Part shown: positions 1 through 9,282 of the stretch, piece after piece
Layout: every line of letters starts with the position of its first letter
Numbering within the stretch: the stretch's first letter is position 1
Sequence record: KU682439.2
Length of the DNA stretch: 32,000 nt
Strand: one strand, 5' to 3'
DNA from: Stenotrophomonas phage vB_SmaS-DLP_6
Notes under the pieces: generated by a model
Database searches by the model: none
The model's input: only the letters and a program-made list of their open reading frames with translations
Told to the model about the DNA's origin: nothing
Translations under genes and position numbers: made by a program

Positions 1-1
1 G

Positions 2-709
2 TACTCGATGGAACTGGCTCAGGACCTGAAGGCAATTCACGGTCTGGACGCTGAGACTGAGCTGGCAAACATTCTGACCACGGAAATCCTGGCAGAAATC
101 AACCGCGAAGTCATCCGTACCATCAACGTGACTGCTACCCCAGGTGCACAGGACAACGTGACCACCGCTGGTACCTTCGACCTCGACACCGACTCCAACG
201 GTCGTTGGTCGGTTGAAAAGTTCAAGGGTCTGCACTTCCAGCTGGAGCGCGAAGCGAATGCTCTCGCGAAGTCCACTCGTCGTGGTAAGGGTAACATCCT
301 GATCTGCTCGTCTGACGTTGCTTCGGCACTCCAGATGGCAGGTGTCCTGGATTACACCCCGGCTCTGAACAGCAACAACCTCCAGGTCGATGACACCGGT
401 AACACCTTCGCAGGTGTCCTGAACGGTCGCATCCGCGTCTACATTGACCCGTACGCAACCGGTAACTACATCACTGTTGGTTACAAGGGCGCATCGGCAA
501 TGGACGCTGGTCTGTTCTACTGCCCATACGTTCCGCTGCAGATGGTCCGTGCAGTTGGTGAGAACACCTTCCAGCCGAAGATCGGCTTCAAGACCCGCTA
601 CGGCATGGTCGCGAACCCGTTCTCCCGTGGTGCTACGGCATCCGACGGTACGCTGGTTGCAAACACCAACGTGTACTACCGCCGCTTCTTCGTCAACAAC
701 CTGATGTAA
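2..709 (+). CDS. 23: Major capsid protein (T4 gp23-like), C-terminal part; 5' end outside window
   Basis: The reading frame is open to the window edge. The C-terminus (...IGFKTRYGMVANPFSRGA...NVYYRRFFVNNLM) is typical of T4-type gp23. Confidence 0.88.
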   Translation, partial: YSMELAQDLKAIHGLDAETELANILTTEILAEINREVIRTINVTATPGAQDNVTTAGTFDLDTDSNGRWSVEKFKGLHFQLEREANALAKSTRRGKGNILICSSDVASALQMAGVLDYTPALNSNNLQVDDTGNTFAGVLNGRIRVYIDPYATGNYITVGYKGASAMDAGLFYCPYVPLQMVRAVGENTFQPKIGFKTRYGMVANPFSRGATASDGTLVANTNVYYRRFFVNNLM

Positions 710-743
710 TCCATCAGGCTTGTCGAAGCCAAAGCAATAAGAG

Positions 744-769
744 AAGCCGCCGCAAGGCGGCTTTTCTTT
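744..769 (+). terminator. Rho-independent terminator after the major capsid gene
   Basis: AAGCCGCC-GCAA-GGCGGCTT, a perfect 8-bp stem with a GCAA tetraloop, followed by TTCTTT. Confidence 0.9.
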
Positions 770-790
770 GCCCGAGATTCAGGGTATAAT
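762..790 (+). promoter_or_regulatory. Putative promoter upstream of the dexA-like gene
   Basis: TATAAT at 785-790. A T-rich -35 (TTTTCT 762-767, 17-nt spacer) overlaps the terminator T-tract. Confidence 0.5.
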
Positions 791-819
791 GAGCCGAACT
801 TTGACCAACGGAGCAGTAC

Positions 820-1413
820 GTGAAGCACCTTATCATTGACGTGGAAACCATGGGCGTAGCCGAGAACTCGGTGATCCTCCAAATCTCTTGCGCGCTGCAT
901 GACACGGCGAACAAGGACCAGATGTTTGAGAAGCTCCAGTTCCGCAACTGGAAGCTCAAGGCAAAGCCGCAGACCGAGTTCGGTCGCAAGGTTGACGCCG
1001 ACACTTTGAAGTGGTGGAAGGATCAGCCATACGAAGTACAGGTCAAGAGTCTCATCCCGCACAAGGATGACGTTGATCCAGAGGTTGCATGCCAGGAGTT
1101 TGAAGACTGGCTCAAGGCTGAGGGCTTCAACAAGCGCACCGACATCATCTGGCAGCGCGGCTCGAAGGACCAGGACTGGATCACCAGCCTGATGTTGGAT
1201 TGCGGTTGGATCGCATACACCCTACCGATCAACTTCGGTCGCGTGCGTGACATCCGTACATGCGTTGACGTACTTGGTTGGTCGGAGAAGCTGAATGGCT
1301 ACCCGGACAACGTTGACGAGCTACGCACTCAGGTGCCGGGCTACAAGCAGCACGACGCTCTATCGGACATTCAGCTGGAACTGCTGATCCTCCGTCAGTG
1401 CGAGATCCTGTGA
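820..1413 (+). CDS. dexA: DexA-like 3'-5' exonuclease (DEDD superfamily)
   Basis: N-terminal HLIIDVETMG exonuclease motif, and QHDALSDIQLELLIL near the C-terminus as exo III-like motif. Confidence 0.8.
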   Translation: MKHLIIDVETMGVAENSVILQISCALHDTANKDQMFEKLQFRNWKLKAKPQTEFGRKVDADTLKWWKDQPYEVQVKSLIPHKDDVDPEVACQEFEDWLKAEGFNKRTDIIWQRGSKDQDWITSLMLDCGWIAYTLPINFGRVRDIRTCVDVLGWSEKLNGYPDNVDELRTQVPGYKQHDALSDIQLELLILRQCEIL

Positions 1414-1449
1414 CAGCCTAAGTAATGGGTTCCTTCGAGGATTCCATCT

Positions 1450-1959
1450 ATGGCAAATCGCAATCAGCCAGTCAACAAGAACATGCTCTCGGGGTTGGGC
1501 TTCACGTTCAACCTCAAGCGTTCTCCTGGCGTCAACTTCTTCTGCAGCTCGGTCAATGTACCGGGCTTGTCGGGCAACGCTCCACAGGTCGCTACGCCGT
1601 TCAAGCCGATCTTCCGAGCATACGACAAGCTTGAGTACAACGAGCTGCAAGTCACATTCAAAGTAGACGAAGACATGGGGAACTTCCTCGAGATCTTCGA
1701 CTGGATGGTTGGCGTAGGCTTCCCTGCTGACTTTGAACAGCGCCGTTCACTGGAGTCACCACAACAGGCTGGTCTATTCTCTGACGGTCAAGTGGTGATT
1801 CAAACCTCCAAGCGCAACACGAACCTCGAACTCAACTTCGTCGATCTGTTGCCAGTCAGCCTTTCCGATCTGCAGCTTACGAGCCAGAACCAGGACGTTG
1901 ACTACCTGGAGTGCACCGTATCGTTCCGCTACACGTACTACACGATTCGCCGCATCTAA
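1450..1959 (+). CDS. Tail-tube / tube-associated structural protein (gp19-like fold)
   Basis: Pattern FTFNLKR..NFFCSSVNVPGLSG...LEYNELQVTFKVDEDMGNFLEIFDWM...YLECTVSFRYTYY resembles T4-type tube proteins, next to other T4-type genes. Confidence 0.55.
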   Translation: MANRNQPVNKNMLSGLGFTFNLKRSPGVNFFCSSVNVPGLSGNAPQVATPFKPIFRAYDKLEYNELQVTFKVDEDMGNFLEIFDWMVGVGFPADFEQRRSLESPQQAGLFSDGQVVIQTSKRNTNLELNFVDLLPVSLSDLQLTSQNQDVDYLECTVSFRYTYYTIRRI

Positions 1960-1974
1960 CCCGAGAACTACACT

Positions 1975-2409
1975 ATGACACTTGATGAGATCTTCGAACA
2001 ATGGGGCATTGACGCCCACGTGGACCGCCTGAACCTCGGCGACGCCTCGCTGGACTCCGCAAAACTGCACCATAAATACTACCGTATGCTGAGCAACGAA
2101 CGACTCCGTCTCAAGAAGATGGAAGCCGATTTCGCTGAACTCATGCAGGACAAGAAAGCCTGGTGTTCCGGCGAGCTTACCTCGGAAGAGCTGAAGTCTC
2201 GCGGCTGGAACCAGCAACTCAAGAAGATGCTCAAGAGCGAAGTCGACGAATTCCTCAAAGCCGACAAGGACGTGATCGCATTCACGCTCAAGATGGCTAT
2301 GCAAAAGGAAAAGACGGAAGTCCTCGACAGCATCATCAAGACTATCGCCAATCGCTCCTTCCACATCAACAATGCGATTTCGTGGGAGAAGTTCAAAGCT
2401 GGTATGTGA
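1975..2409 (+). CDS. uvsY: UvsY recombination mediator
   Basis: Pattern IDAHVDRLNLGDASLDSAKLHHKYYRMLSNERLRLKKM...LKSRGWNQQLKKML...IKTIANRSFHINNAISWEKFKAG matches T4-type UvsY. It lies next to uvsW. Confidence 0.88.
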   Translation: MTLDEIFEQWGIDAHVDRLNLGDASLDSAKLHHKYYRMLSNERLRLKKMEADFAELMQDKKAWCSGELTSEELKSRGWNQQLKKMLKSEVDEFLKADKDVIAFTLKMAMQKEKTEVLDSIIKTIANRSFHINNAISWEKFKAGM

Positions 2410-2412
2410 TCC

Positions 2413-3876
2413 GTGACCGACCTATACATCGAGAAGATCAACGACGTCCACATCCGCATCAATTGTGATGCGGGAATGGCGCAAGAACTCAGCGAGTTCT
2501 TCACATTCAGCGTACCCGGTGCCCACTTCATGCCTTCTGTCAAGAACAAGGTGTGGGATGGCAAGGTGCGCATGTTCAACACATTCACGAAGCTGCTCTA
2601 TGCTGGCTTGGTTCCGCACGTAATCGCGTTTGCTCAGCAGCGTGACTACACGTTTGCTTGCGGTACGGGCGTAGCGACTCAGGAGAAGCCGACAGAGGAT
2701 GCTGTTGTGGACTTCTTCAAGGCTCTCGCACTGCCGAAAGACAAGACGCCCCGTGACTATCAGTTGCGGGCTTTCTTGCACGCAGCGCGCAACCTTCGTG
2801 CTATGATGATCAGCCCGACCGCTTCTGGTAAGTCGCTCATCATCTACACAATCATCTCGTGGTTCGACACGCTCAACTGCTTGGTCGTCGTGCCTACCAA
2901 GGGTCTCGTTACGCAGATGCGAGGCGACTTCATTGAGTACGGCTGTGACCCTCGCGAGATCTCCATCATCATGGGTGGTGAGTCGAAGGATGTGAAGACC
3001 CGCATCGTGATCACGACGTGGCAGTCAGTCTATGAGATGCCGAAGAAGTGGTTCGCGCGCTATGGCGCGATCTTCGGAGACGAGGCTCACTTGTTCAAGG
3101 CGAAGTCTCTTGAGAAGATCATGGGACACCTGACGGAGTGCCCGGTTCGTATCGGTACAACCGGTACTCTGGACGGCTCGAAGGTCAACAAGCTGGTCCT
3201 CGAAGGTATGTTCGGTCCTGTCATTCAGGTCGAGCGCACTTCAAGCCTCATGGCTAAGGGGCAGGTCGCTTCGTTGAAGGTACGCTGCACAGTCTTCGAG
3301 TACAGCGACATCATCAAGCGTCAGCTGAGCCAGAACAAGAGCTATCAGGATGAGCTGGACTTCCTTTGCTCGTACATTCCGCGCAACGAGTTCATCGTCA
3401 AGTTCGTCAAGAGCTTGAAGGGCAACACGCTCGTGCTGTTCAACTACGTGGACAAGCATGGCAAGCCGCTGTACGAAATGTTCAAGAAGGCGACCGAGGG
3501 AACGAACCGAAAGGTCTTCCTGGTCTACGGCGGTACTGACGCTGAGCAGCGCGAAAGCGTTCGTCAGATCGTTGAAAATGAAAAAGACGCCATCATCGTG
3601 GCGTCTTATGGTACCTTCTCAACAGGTGTCAACATCCGTAACCTACATAATGCAGTAGCAGCGTCCCCGACGAAGTCGATCGTGCGCCTCCTGCAATCGA
3701 TCGGTCGAATCCTGCGCCTTGGCTCCAACAAGGATGGCGCAGTTTGGTATGACCTCGCAGACGACCTCACTTGGAAGTCTCGCGTCAATCATACGCTCAA
3801 GCACTTCGCGGAACGCATCAAGATCTACAACGAGCAGAACTTCGATGTCAAGATTTACCGATGGAGGCTATCGTGA
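2413..3876 (+). CDS. uvsW: UvsW-like superfamily 2 helicase
   Basis: Helicase motifs SPTASGKSLIIY (Walker A), GDEAH (motif II), and QSIGRILRLGSNK (motif VI). Confidence 0.92.
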   Translation: MTDLYIEKINDVHIRINCDAGMAQELSEFFTFSVPGAHFMPSVKNKVWDGKVRMFNTFTKLLYAGLVPHVIAFAQQRDYTFACGTGVATQEKPTEDAVVDFFKALALPKDKTPRDYQLRAFLHAARNLRAMMISPTASGKSLIIYTIISWFDTLNCLVVVPTKGLVTQMRGDFIEYGCDPREISIIMGGESKDVKTRIVITTWQSVYEMPKKWFARYGAIFGDEAHLFKAKSLEKIMGHLTECPVRIGTTGTLDGSKVNKLVLEGMFGPVIQVERTSSLMAKGQVASLKVRCTVFEYSDIIKRQLSQNKSYQDELDFLCSYIPRNEFIVKFVKSLKGNTLVLFNYVDKHGKPLYEMFKKATEGTNRKVFLVYGGTDAEQRESVRQIVENEKDAIIVASYGTFSTGVNIRNLHNAVAASPTKSIVRLLQSIGRILRLGSNKDGAVWYDLADDLTWKSRVNHTLKHFAERIKIYNEQNFDVKIYRWRLS

Positions 3877-4259
3877 CAGAACCCGCAAAGTACGTGCTGC
3901 TCAAGGTGAGCGATCGATCATCCTTCTTGGTCGGTCGCCTCATTGACGAAACTGACGCAGAGATCATTCTGCACTTCCCGGTCATCATGACCATTGGCAT
4001 CGACGACACAGACGAACTCAACGTGAACGCTTCAAAGTGGTTCCCGTTTGCTGAGGGCGACGTCGTGCAAATCCCGAAGGAGTCCATCATTGCGGTGGCT
4101 ACTCCAAAGAAGAATATCCTGGACTACTACCACCGCTTTGCGAACGCGATGCCTGACCTGATGGACGATACTCTCGAAAATAAGGTGCTCGCGCGTAGTG
4201 AGGCGTCGGTGACGCCCGTACCGGATTCAGAGTGGATTCCCAGCTCTGCCCTTCACTAA
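3873..4259 (+). CDS. Small conserved T4-type protein of unknown function, possibly Sm/LSm-like
   Basis: GGAGG at 3863-3867 lies 5 nt before GTG at 3873, overlapping the uvsW stop. The track start at 3771 lies inside uvsW. Sequence: YVLLKVSDRSSFLVGRLIDETDAEIILHFPVIM... . Confidence 0.72.
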   Translation: MTEPAKYVLLKVSDRSSFLVGRLIDETDAEIILHFPVIMTIGIDDTDELNVNASKWFPFAEGDVVQIPKESIIAVATPKKNILDYYHRFANAMPDLMDDTLENKVLARSEASVTPVPDSEWIPSSALH

Positions 4260-4261
4260 CT

Positions 4262-4278
4262 TTCAGGCGACACCTGAA
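4262..4278. other. Small inverted repeat in the uvsW-side intergenic region
   Basis: TTCAGG-CGACA-CCTGAA, a 6-bp stem with a 5-nt loop. Confidence 0.5.
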
Positions 4279-4306
4279 TTATACCAGATGCAGGGGTCAA
4301 TGTAAA
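4278..4306 (-). promoter_or_regulatory. Putative leftward promoter, divergent from the gp55 promoter
   Basis: On the minus strand: TTTACA (4306-4301), 17-nt spacer, TATAAT (4283-4278). Confidence 0.45.
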
Positions 4307-4311
4307 GCCCC

Positions 4312-4340
4312 TTTACTTGAGAAGCGTTTTCAGGTACACT
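4312..4340 (+). promoter_or_regulatory. Putative promoter for the gp55 gene
   Basis: TTTACT (4312-4317), 17-nt spacer, TACACT (4335-4340). Confidence 0.5.
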
Positions 4341-4368
4341 ATACGCATCCGCTGTCTTGGACTACACT

Positions 4369-5001
4369 ATGACCCAACCTACTGCTCCAACAACCAAAGC
4401 GAACTACTACGTCGACAATGCCGCCTTCTATCAGGCTTGCGTTGAGTACAAGAACGCTTGCGCAGCAGCGCTTGCCGAAGGCAAGCCCAAGCCCCGCATC
4501 CCAGACTACATTGGCAGTTGCATCCTCAAGATCGCAACCCACATGTCGTACAGCCGCAACTTCATCAACTACCGCTATCGCGAAGACATGATCGGCGATG
4601 GCTACGAAAATTGCATCCTGTACTTCCACAACTTCAACCCGGACAAGTACAAGAACCCGTTTGGCTACTTCAGCCAGATCGTGTACTACGCCTTCTTGCG
4701 GCGCATCCATCGCGAGAAGAAGCAGCTCTATATCCGCCACAAAGTGATGATGAACCAAATTGACGAAGGGTTGGCTGATTCCAATGACTTCGACAGTGGC
4801 GATGACTTCGGTGTCAAGATCGACAAGCAGTTGACTGACAACGAGTACATGAACGATTTTGTCAACAACTTTGAAGAGAAGGCGCGCCAGCGCCGTGATG
4901 CCCGCAAGACCAAGAAGGGCGTCGAGAAGTTCTTTGATGGCGAAGGTGATGAAGGCGACGACGCCGATCCTGAGCTTTCCATTGAAGAAGATCTAGGTTA
5001 A
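4369..5001 (+). CDS. 55: Late-transcription sigma factor gp55
   Basis: Pattern YRYREDMIGDGYENCILYFHNFNPDKYKNPFGYFSQIVYYAFLRRIHREKKQ matches T4-type gp55. ATG chosen at 4369; the track start at 4357 is TTG. Confidence 0.9.
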   Translation: MTQPTAPTTKANYYVDNAAFYQACVEYKNACAAALAEGKPKPRIPDYIGSCILKIATHMSYSRNFINYRYREDMIGDGYENCILYFHNFNPDKYKNPFGYFSQIVYYAFLRRIHREKKQLYIRHKVMMNQIDEGLADSNDFDSGDDFGVKIDKQLTDNEYMNDFVNNFEEKARQRRDARKTKKGVEKFFDGEGDEGDDADPELSIEEDLG

Positions 5002-5036
5002 ACTTCGTTCTATCTCTTCCCTCAGCCGGATCAAGC

Positions 5037-6125
5037 ATGGCTAAGATTGCACTTATCACGGACACCCACTTTGGTGTCCGCAACGATTCACAGATCTTTG
5101 CTGACCACATGGCAAAGTTCTATCACGAAGTCTTCTTCCCTTACCTTGATGAACACAACATCAAGACCGTTCGTCACCTTGGAGACATCGGTGACCGCCG
5201 CAAGTACGTCAACTACTTGACTACGCGCAACATGCGCCGCGACTTCATCGACCCGTGTAAGGAACGCGACATCGACCTCGGCATCATCATCGGTAACCAC
5301 GACACGTTCTACAAGAACACGAACGAAGTCAACACGATGAACCAGCTCTACACGGATTCAACCTACGAGAAGCTGAAGTGGTATGATCGCCCGACCGAAG
5401 AGGTCATCGACGGAACGTCCATCGTGCTGATGCCGTGGATCTGCGCCGATACCTACGAAGAGTCCGTTGAGTTGATGAAGAACACGAAGGCGCAAATCCT
5501 CATGGGTCACCTTGAGATCGCGGGCTTCGAGATGTATCGCGGTTCCGCTTCAGAACACGGCTACGGTTCGGACATGTTCAACAAGTTCGATCTTGTCATG
5601 TCTGGGCACTTCCACCACAAGTCTACGCGCGGCAACATCAACTATCTCGGTGCGCCGTATGAGATGACTTGGTCCGACTTCGATGACGCTCGCGGCTTCC
5701 ATATCTTTGATACGGATACACGCGAGCTTACGTACATCCAGAATCCATACCGCATGTTCCACAAGCTGGTCTACAACGACCAGGACAAGTCGATGGACGA
5801 AGTGCTTGCCATCGACCTGGAGTATCTGCGCGACTGCTATGTGAAGATCGTCGTTCAGAGCAAGACGAACCCTTACTGGTTCGACATGCTGATCGAGAAG
5901 CTGGAGAAGATCGGAATCGTCGATCTGAAGATCGTTGACGACCACCTATCGCTCGACCTCGAAGACGCAGAAGATCTTGTCAACGAAGCCGAGGATACCC
6001 TCACCATCATGAAGAAGTTCGCTGCGTCGTTCCTACAGGACAAGGATCCTGAGACGCTGCGAGCATTGAACGTACTCTTGTCGAGCCTGTTCCAAGAGTC
6101 GCTGTCTATGGAGTCCGACCGGTGA
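5037..6125 (+). CDS. 47: Recombination endonuclease subunit gp47 (SbcD/Mre11-like)
   Basis: Metallophosphoesterase motifs ITDTHFG, LGDIGDRR, IIGNHD, and GHFHH. Confidence 0.93.
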   Translation: MAKIALITDTHFGVRNDSQIFADHMAKFYHEVFFPYLDEHNIKTVRHLGDIGDRRKYVNYLTTRNMRRDFIDPCKERDIDLGIIIGNHDTFYKNTNEVNTMNQLYTDSTYEKLKWYDRPTEEVIDGTSIVLMPWICADTYEESVELMKNTKAQILMGHLEIAGFEMYRGSASEHGYGSDMFNKFDLVMSGHFHHKSTRGNINYLGAPYEMTWSDFDDARGFHIFDTDTRELTYIQNPYRMFHKLVYNDQDKSMDEVLAIDLEYLRDCYVKIVVQSKTNPYWFDMLIEKLEKIGIVDLKIVDDHLSLDLEDAEDLVNEAEDTLTIMKKFAASFLQDKDPETLRALNVLLSSLFQESLSMESDR

Positions 6126-7837
6126 TCATCTTTGAAAAGGTCCGGTGGAAGAATCTTCTTTCCACCGGCAACGCATGGACAGAAGTCCAGCTGAATCGTT
6201 CTAAGTCGACACTCATCGTCGGTCAGAACGGCGCGGGCAAGTCTACCATCCTGGACGCGCTTTCCCTCGCACTGTACAACAAGCCCTTCCGCAAGATCAA
6301 CAAGCCGCAGCTGATCAACAGCATCAACGGCAAGGATCTGGTAGTCGAAGTGACGTTCAACGTCAACGGATCAACCTACACGGTCGTCCGTGGCATCAAG
6401 CCGAATCGCTTCGAGATCTACAAGAACGACATTCTCCTAGGACAGGACGCGGCTATCCGTGACTATCAGGAGCATCTCGAGAAGGCTATCCTGAAGCTCA
6501 ACCATCGCAGCTTCTGTCAGGTCGTCGTCCTCGGTTCGGCAACCTACATCCCATTCATGCAGCTCCCGGCGCACCAGCGTCGCGACGTGATCGAAGACCT
6601 CCTGGACATCCAGATCTTCAGCACCATGAACCAGCTGCTGAAAGATCGCGTGACGCGCAACCGTGAAGCGATCCAGGAATGCAAGTACCAGATCGACCTG
6701 ACGCAAGAGCGTATCGAGATGCAGAAGAGCCTCATGGCTACGCTCTCGAAGGACGTTGACGCGCAGATCGCTGACCGCAACGAGAAGGTGTTGGAAGTTG
6801 AGGAAACGCTTTCAACGCTGCAGGCTCAGGATGAGAACATCGTTGCTGAGGTTGACGAGTTGATGCAGTCCATCGCTGACTCGAAGAGCGTTCAGCAGCA
6901 GTTGCAGAAGCTCCAGGGAATCAAGGAGCGCCTTGTCGAGAAGGTACACAAGCTCGATAAGGACATCGCGTTCTACCACGACAACGACAACTGCCCGACG
7001 TGCCGTCAAGGCATTCAGCACGACTTCAAGCAGAGCGTGATAGACGAACGTACCGGTGAGATCGGTGAGATCAAGAAGAACATGCCGGAAGTCGAGCGCA
7101 TGTACAACCAGCTTGAAGAGCGCATCGAACTGATCATGGAGACGCAGCGTGGTATCGCTGCGAAGAATCAGGAGATCGCTGCGGTACGGGCTAACCAGAC
7201 TGCTGCGAAGCGTCGCTTGAAAGAGCTGACCAACGAGCTGAAGGAACTGGAGTCGAACCGCGACAAGCATGCTGACAACAGCGAACTGGTTGAGTATGCG
7301 CGTGTACTTGGTGTACACGAAGCAGAGCGTGAGAAGCTGACGAAGGAATCTGTCGTGCTTACCGCTGCAGCTGCGCTGCTGAAAGACGGCGGCATCAAGT
7401 CGAAGATCATCAAGCAGTACGTGCCGATCATGAACAAGCTGATCAACAAGTACCTGAGCGCGATGGACTTCTTCGTACACTTCGAGTTGGATGAGAACTT
7501 CAACGAGAAGATCAAGAGTCGCTTCCGTGACGACTTCAGCTACCAGAGCTTCTCGGAAGGCGAGAAGATGCGCATCAACCTGAGCATCCTGTTCACTTGG
7601 CGCGCTGTTGCGAAGATGCGAAACTCTGCATCGACCAACCTGTTGATCATGGACGAAGTGTTCGACAGTTCGCTGGACGCGGCTGGTACCGAGGAATTCA
7701 TGAAGATCATCGAAGACCTCACGAAGGACACGAACCTGTTCGTCATCAGCCACAAGGGCGACCAACTCTTTGACAAATTCCACTCTGTCATCAAGTTCGT
7801 CAAGCAAGGCAACTTCTCCGTAATGGAGGCACCATGA
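6122..7837 (+). CDS. 46: Recombination endonuclease subunit gp46 (SbcC/Rad50-like)
   Basis: Walker A GQNGAGKSTILDALSL, central coiled-coil with CPTC zinc-hook motif, SFSEGEKMRI signature, and LLIMDEVFDSSLD Walker B. Confidence 0.94.
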   Translation: MIIFEKVRWKNLLSTGNAWTEVQLNRSKSTLIVGQNGAGKSTILDALSLALYNKPFRKINKPQLINSINGKDLVVEVTFNVNGSTYTVVRGIKPNRFEIYKNDILLGQDAAIRDYQEHLEKAILKLNHRSFCQVVVLGSATYIPFMQLPAHQRRDVIEDLLDIQIFSTMNQLLKDRVTRNREAIQECKYQIDLTQERIEMQKSLMATLSKDVDAQIADRNEKVLEVEETLSTLQAQDENIVAEVDELMQSIADSKSVQQQLQKLQGIKERLVEKVHKLDKDIAFYHDNDNCPTCRQGIQHDFKQSVIDERTGEIGEIKKNMPEVERMYNQLEERIELIMETQRGIAAKNQEIAAVRANQTAAKRRLKELTNELKELESNRDKHADNSELVEYARVLGVHEAEREKLTKESVVLTAAAALLKDGGIKSKIIKQYVPIMNKLINKYLSAMDFFVHFELDENFNEKIKSRFRDDFSYQSFSEGEKMRINLSILFTWRAVAKMRNSASTNLLIMDEVFDSSLDAAGTEEFMKIIEDLTKDTNLFVISHKGDQLFDKFHSVIKFVKQGNFSVMEAP

Positions 7838-8028
7838 AGATTGACATCGTCTGGAAGAATGGCGTGAAGATGGGAGAAGCTATCCAAGCAGAGGATGGCT
7901 TCTTCAAATTCTTCCCCGAGAGCCGAGGAGGTTATTGGGACGAAGGTACGCTACAATATGTGCTCGACAAGCTCAAGGAACTCAACAAGCCTTGGGACGA
8001 CCATTTGAATGAGGCATTCACACCATGA
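7834..8028 (+). CDS. Small hypothetical protein
   Basis: 64 aa with overlapping start/stop junctions to both neighbours. Confidence 0.6.
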   Translation: MKIDIVWKNGVKMGEAIQAEDGFFKFFPESRGGYWDEGTLQYVLDKLKELNKPWDDHLNEAFTP

Positions 8029-8888
8029 ACATCGTAATCCCAACCTACATGCGCGAAGAGAACCAGAAGTGTTTCAACGCGATGCCGGATGAGATCAAGA
8101 AGGTAGTGTGGCTCGCAACGCACACCGATCGCGTTGCTGAGCTGAAGAAGCACAATCCAACCGCTCGCGTTATCGACCTCGGCGTTACCGACGGCATTGC
8201 CGACGTTCGCCAGAAGTGCGTTGACCATTTCTACAAGGAAGAGGGTTCTGATCCGGAAGTGTTGCGCGCCATCGATCGCCTGATGATCATCGATGACTCT
8301 TGCACCTTCAAGAAGAAGAGCGAAGAGAACAAGCTGGTGAACCTGGACGTTGCCGATTGGTACGACATGTTCTCCATGGTCTCGAAGAACCTCGAGAAGT
8401 ACCCGATGGTGGGCATCAGCGATCAGGGCGGCAACAACCGCGTTCTCGAAGATGTCAAGGAAATCGGTCGAGTCTACAGCTGCTACGGCGTGGACATCCG
8501 GTTCCTCAAGCACAACAACATCCGCTTCGACGGCATGTACCAGAAGAACAAGGAAATCAAGCTGTACGAGGACTTCTACCTGATCCTCAGCATCTTGACT
8601 GCCGGCTTCAAGAACGCGATCATCTACAAGTACGCCTTCAACCACCCGCATGGCAAGAAGGGCGGCAACTCGACTGTCCGTACCAATGCGCTGCAGAAGC
8701 AGTGCCTCTTGGCTCTCCAAGCAGAGTTCCCAGGATTGGTTGAGTTGGTCAAGAAGGAAGACCCGAGCTGGAAGGCTGGTCTTGAAGACACCGAGGACTT
8801 CCGCTGGGAAGCTCGCATTCAGTGGCAGGAAGCCTACAAGCGTGGAACGGCTGGACCTTTGAGCGATTTGTCTAGCTTCTTCAACTGA
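8025..8888 (+). CDS. GT-A-like glycosyltransferase resembling phage TET-associated glycosyltransferases (TAGT)
   Basis: Pattern NIVIPTYMREE..., LMIIDDSCTF, MVGISDQGGNNR, KLYEDFYLILSIL, HPHGKKGGNSTVRT. A TET/JBP gene lies about 2 kb downstream. Confidence 0.68.
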   Translation: MNIVIPTYMREENQKCFNAMPDEIKKVVWLATHTDRVAELKKHNPTARVIDLGVTDGIADVRQKCVDHFYKEEGSDPEVLRAIDRLMIIDDSCTFKKKSEENKLVNLDVADWYDMFSMVSKNLEKYPMVGISDQGGNNRVLEDVKEIGRVYSCYGVDIRFLKHNNIRFDGMYQKNKEIKLYEDFYLILSILTAGFKNAIIYKYAFNHPHGKKGGNSTVRTNALQKQCLLALQAEFPGLVELVKKEDPSWKAGLEDTEDFRWEARIQWQEAYKRGTAGPLSDLSSFFN

Positions 8889-8895
8889 GATCAGG

Positions 8896-8908
8896 TATAC
8901 TATGACCA
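8896..8908 (+). promoter_or_regulatory. Putative -10-only element TATACTATGACC
   Basis: TATACTATGACC at 8896-8907, matching TATACTATGATC at 10940. No convincing -35. Confidence 0.3.
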
Positions 8909-9282
8909 TGCCGAACTACAAACGCGACTACAAAATCTACGTGTTCGACCTCGACTCGACGATCTGCGTCCCGCAGAAGTTTGATGACACGGAGCGTCGA
9001 TACGGCAAAGCCAAGCCAATTCCTGAGATGATCACGTTCATGCAGGCGCTCAAGGCTAACGGCGGCTACATCATCATCAATACTGCGCGGCGCATGCTGA
9101 CGCACAATGGTGATCTGGCAAAGATTGAGGCAGACGTTGGGCAAGTGACCCGCGATTGGCTTGCAGAGCACAAGGTTCCGTATGACGAACTGCTCTTTGG
9201 AAAGCCGTATGGCGACTACTACATTGATGACAAGGCAGTGAATGCAGATGACCTCCTCAGCGATCTCCGCTACAACCCCTAA
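8902..9282 (+). CDS. HAD-superfamily hydrolase, capsule-biosynthesis phosphatase-like
   Basis: YVFDLDSTIC (HAD motif I), IIINTARR (motif II region), FGKPYGDYYIDDKAV (motif III/IV region). Start may be 8902 or 8908. Confidence 0.8.
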   Translation: MTMPNYKRDYKIYVFDLDSTICVPQKFDDTERRYGKAKPIPEMITFMQALKANGGYIIINTARRMLTHNGDLAKIEADVGQVTRDWLAEHKVPYDELLFGKPYGDYYIDDKAVNADDLLSDLRYNP

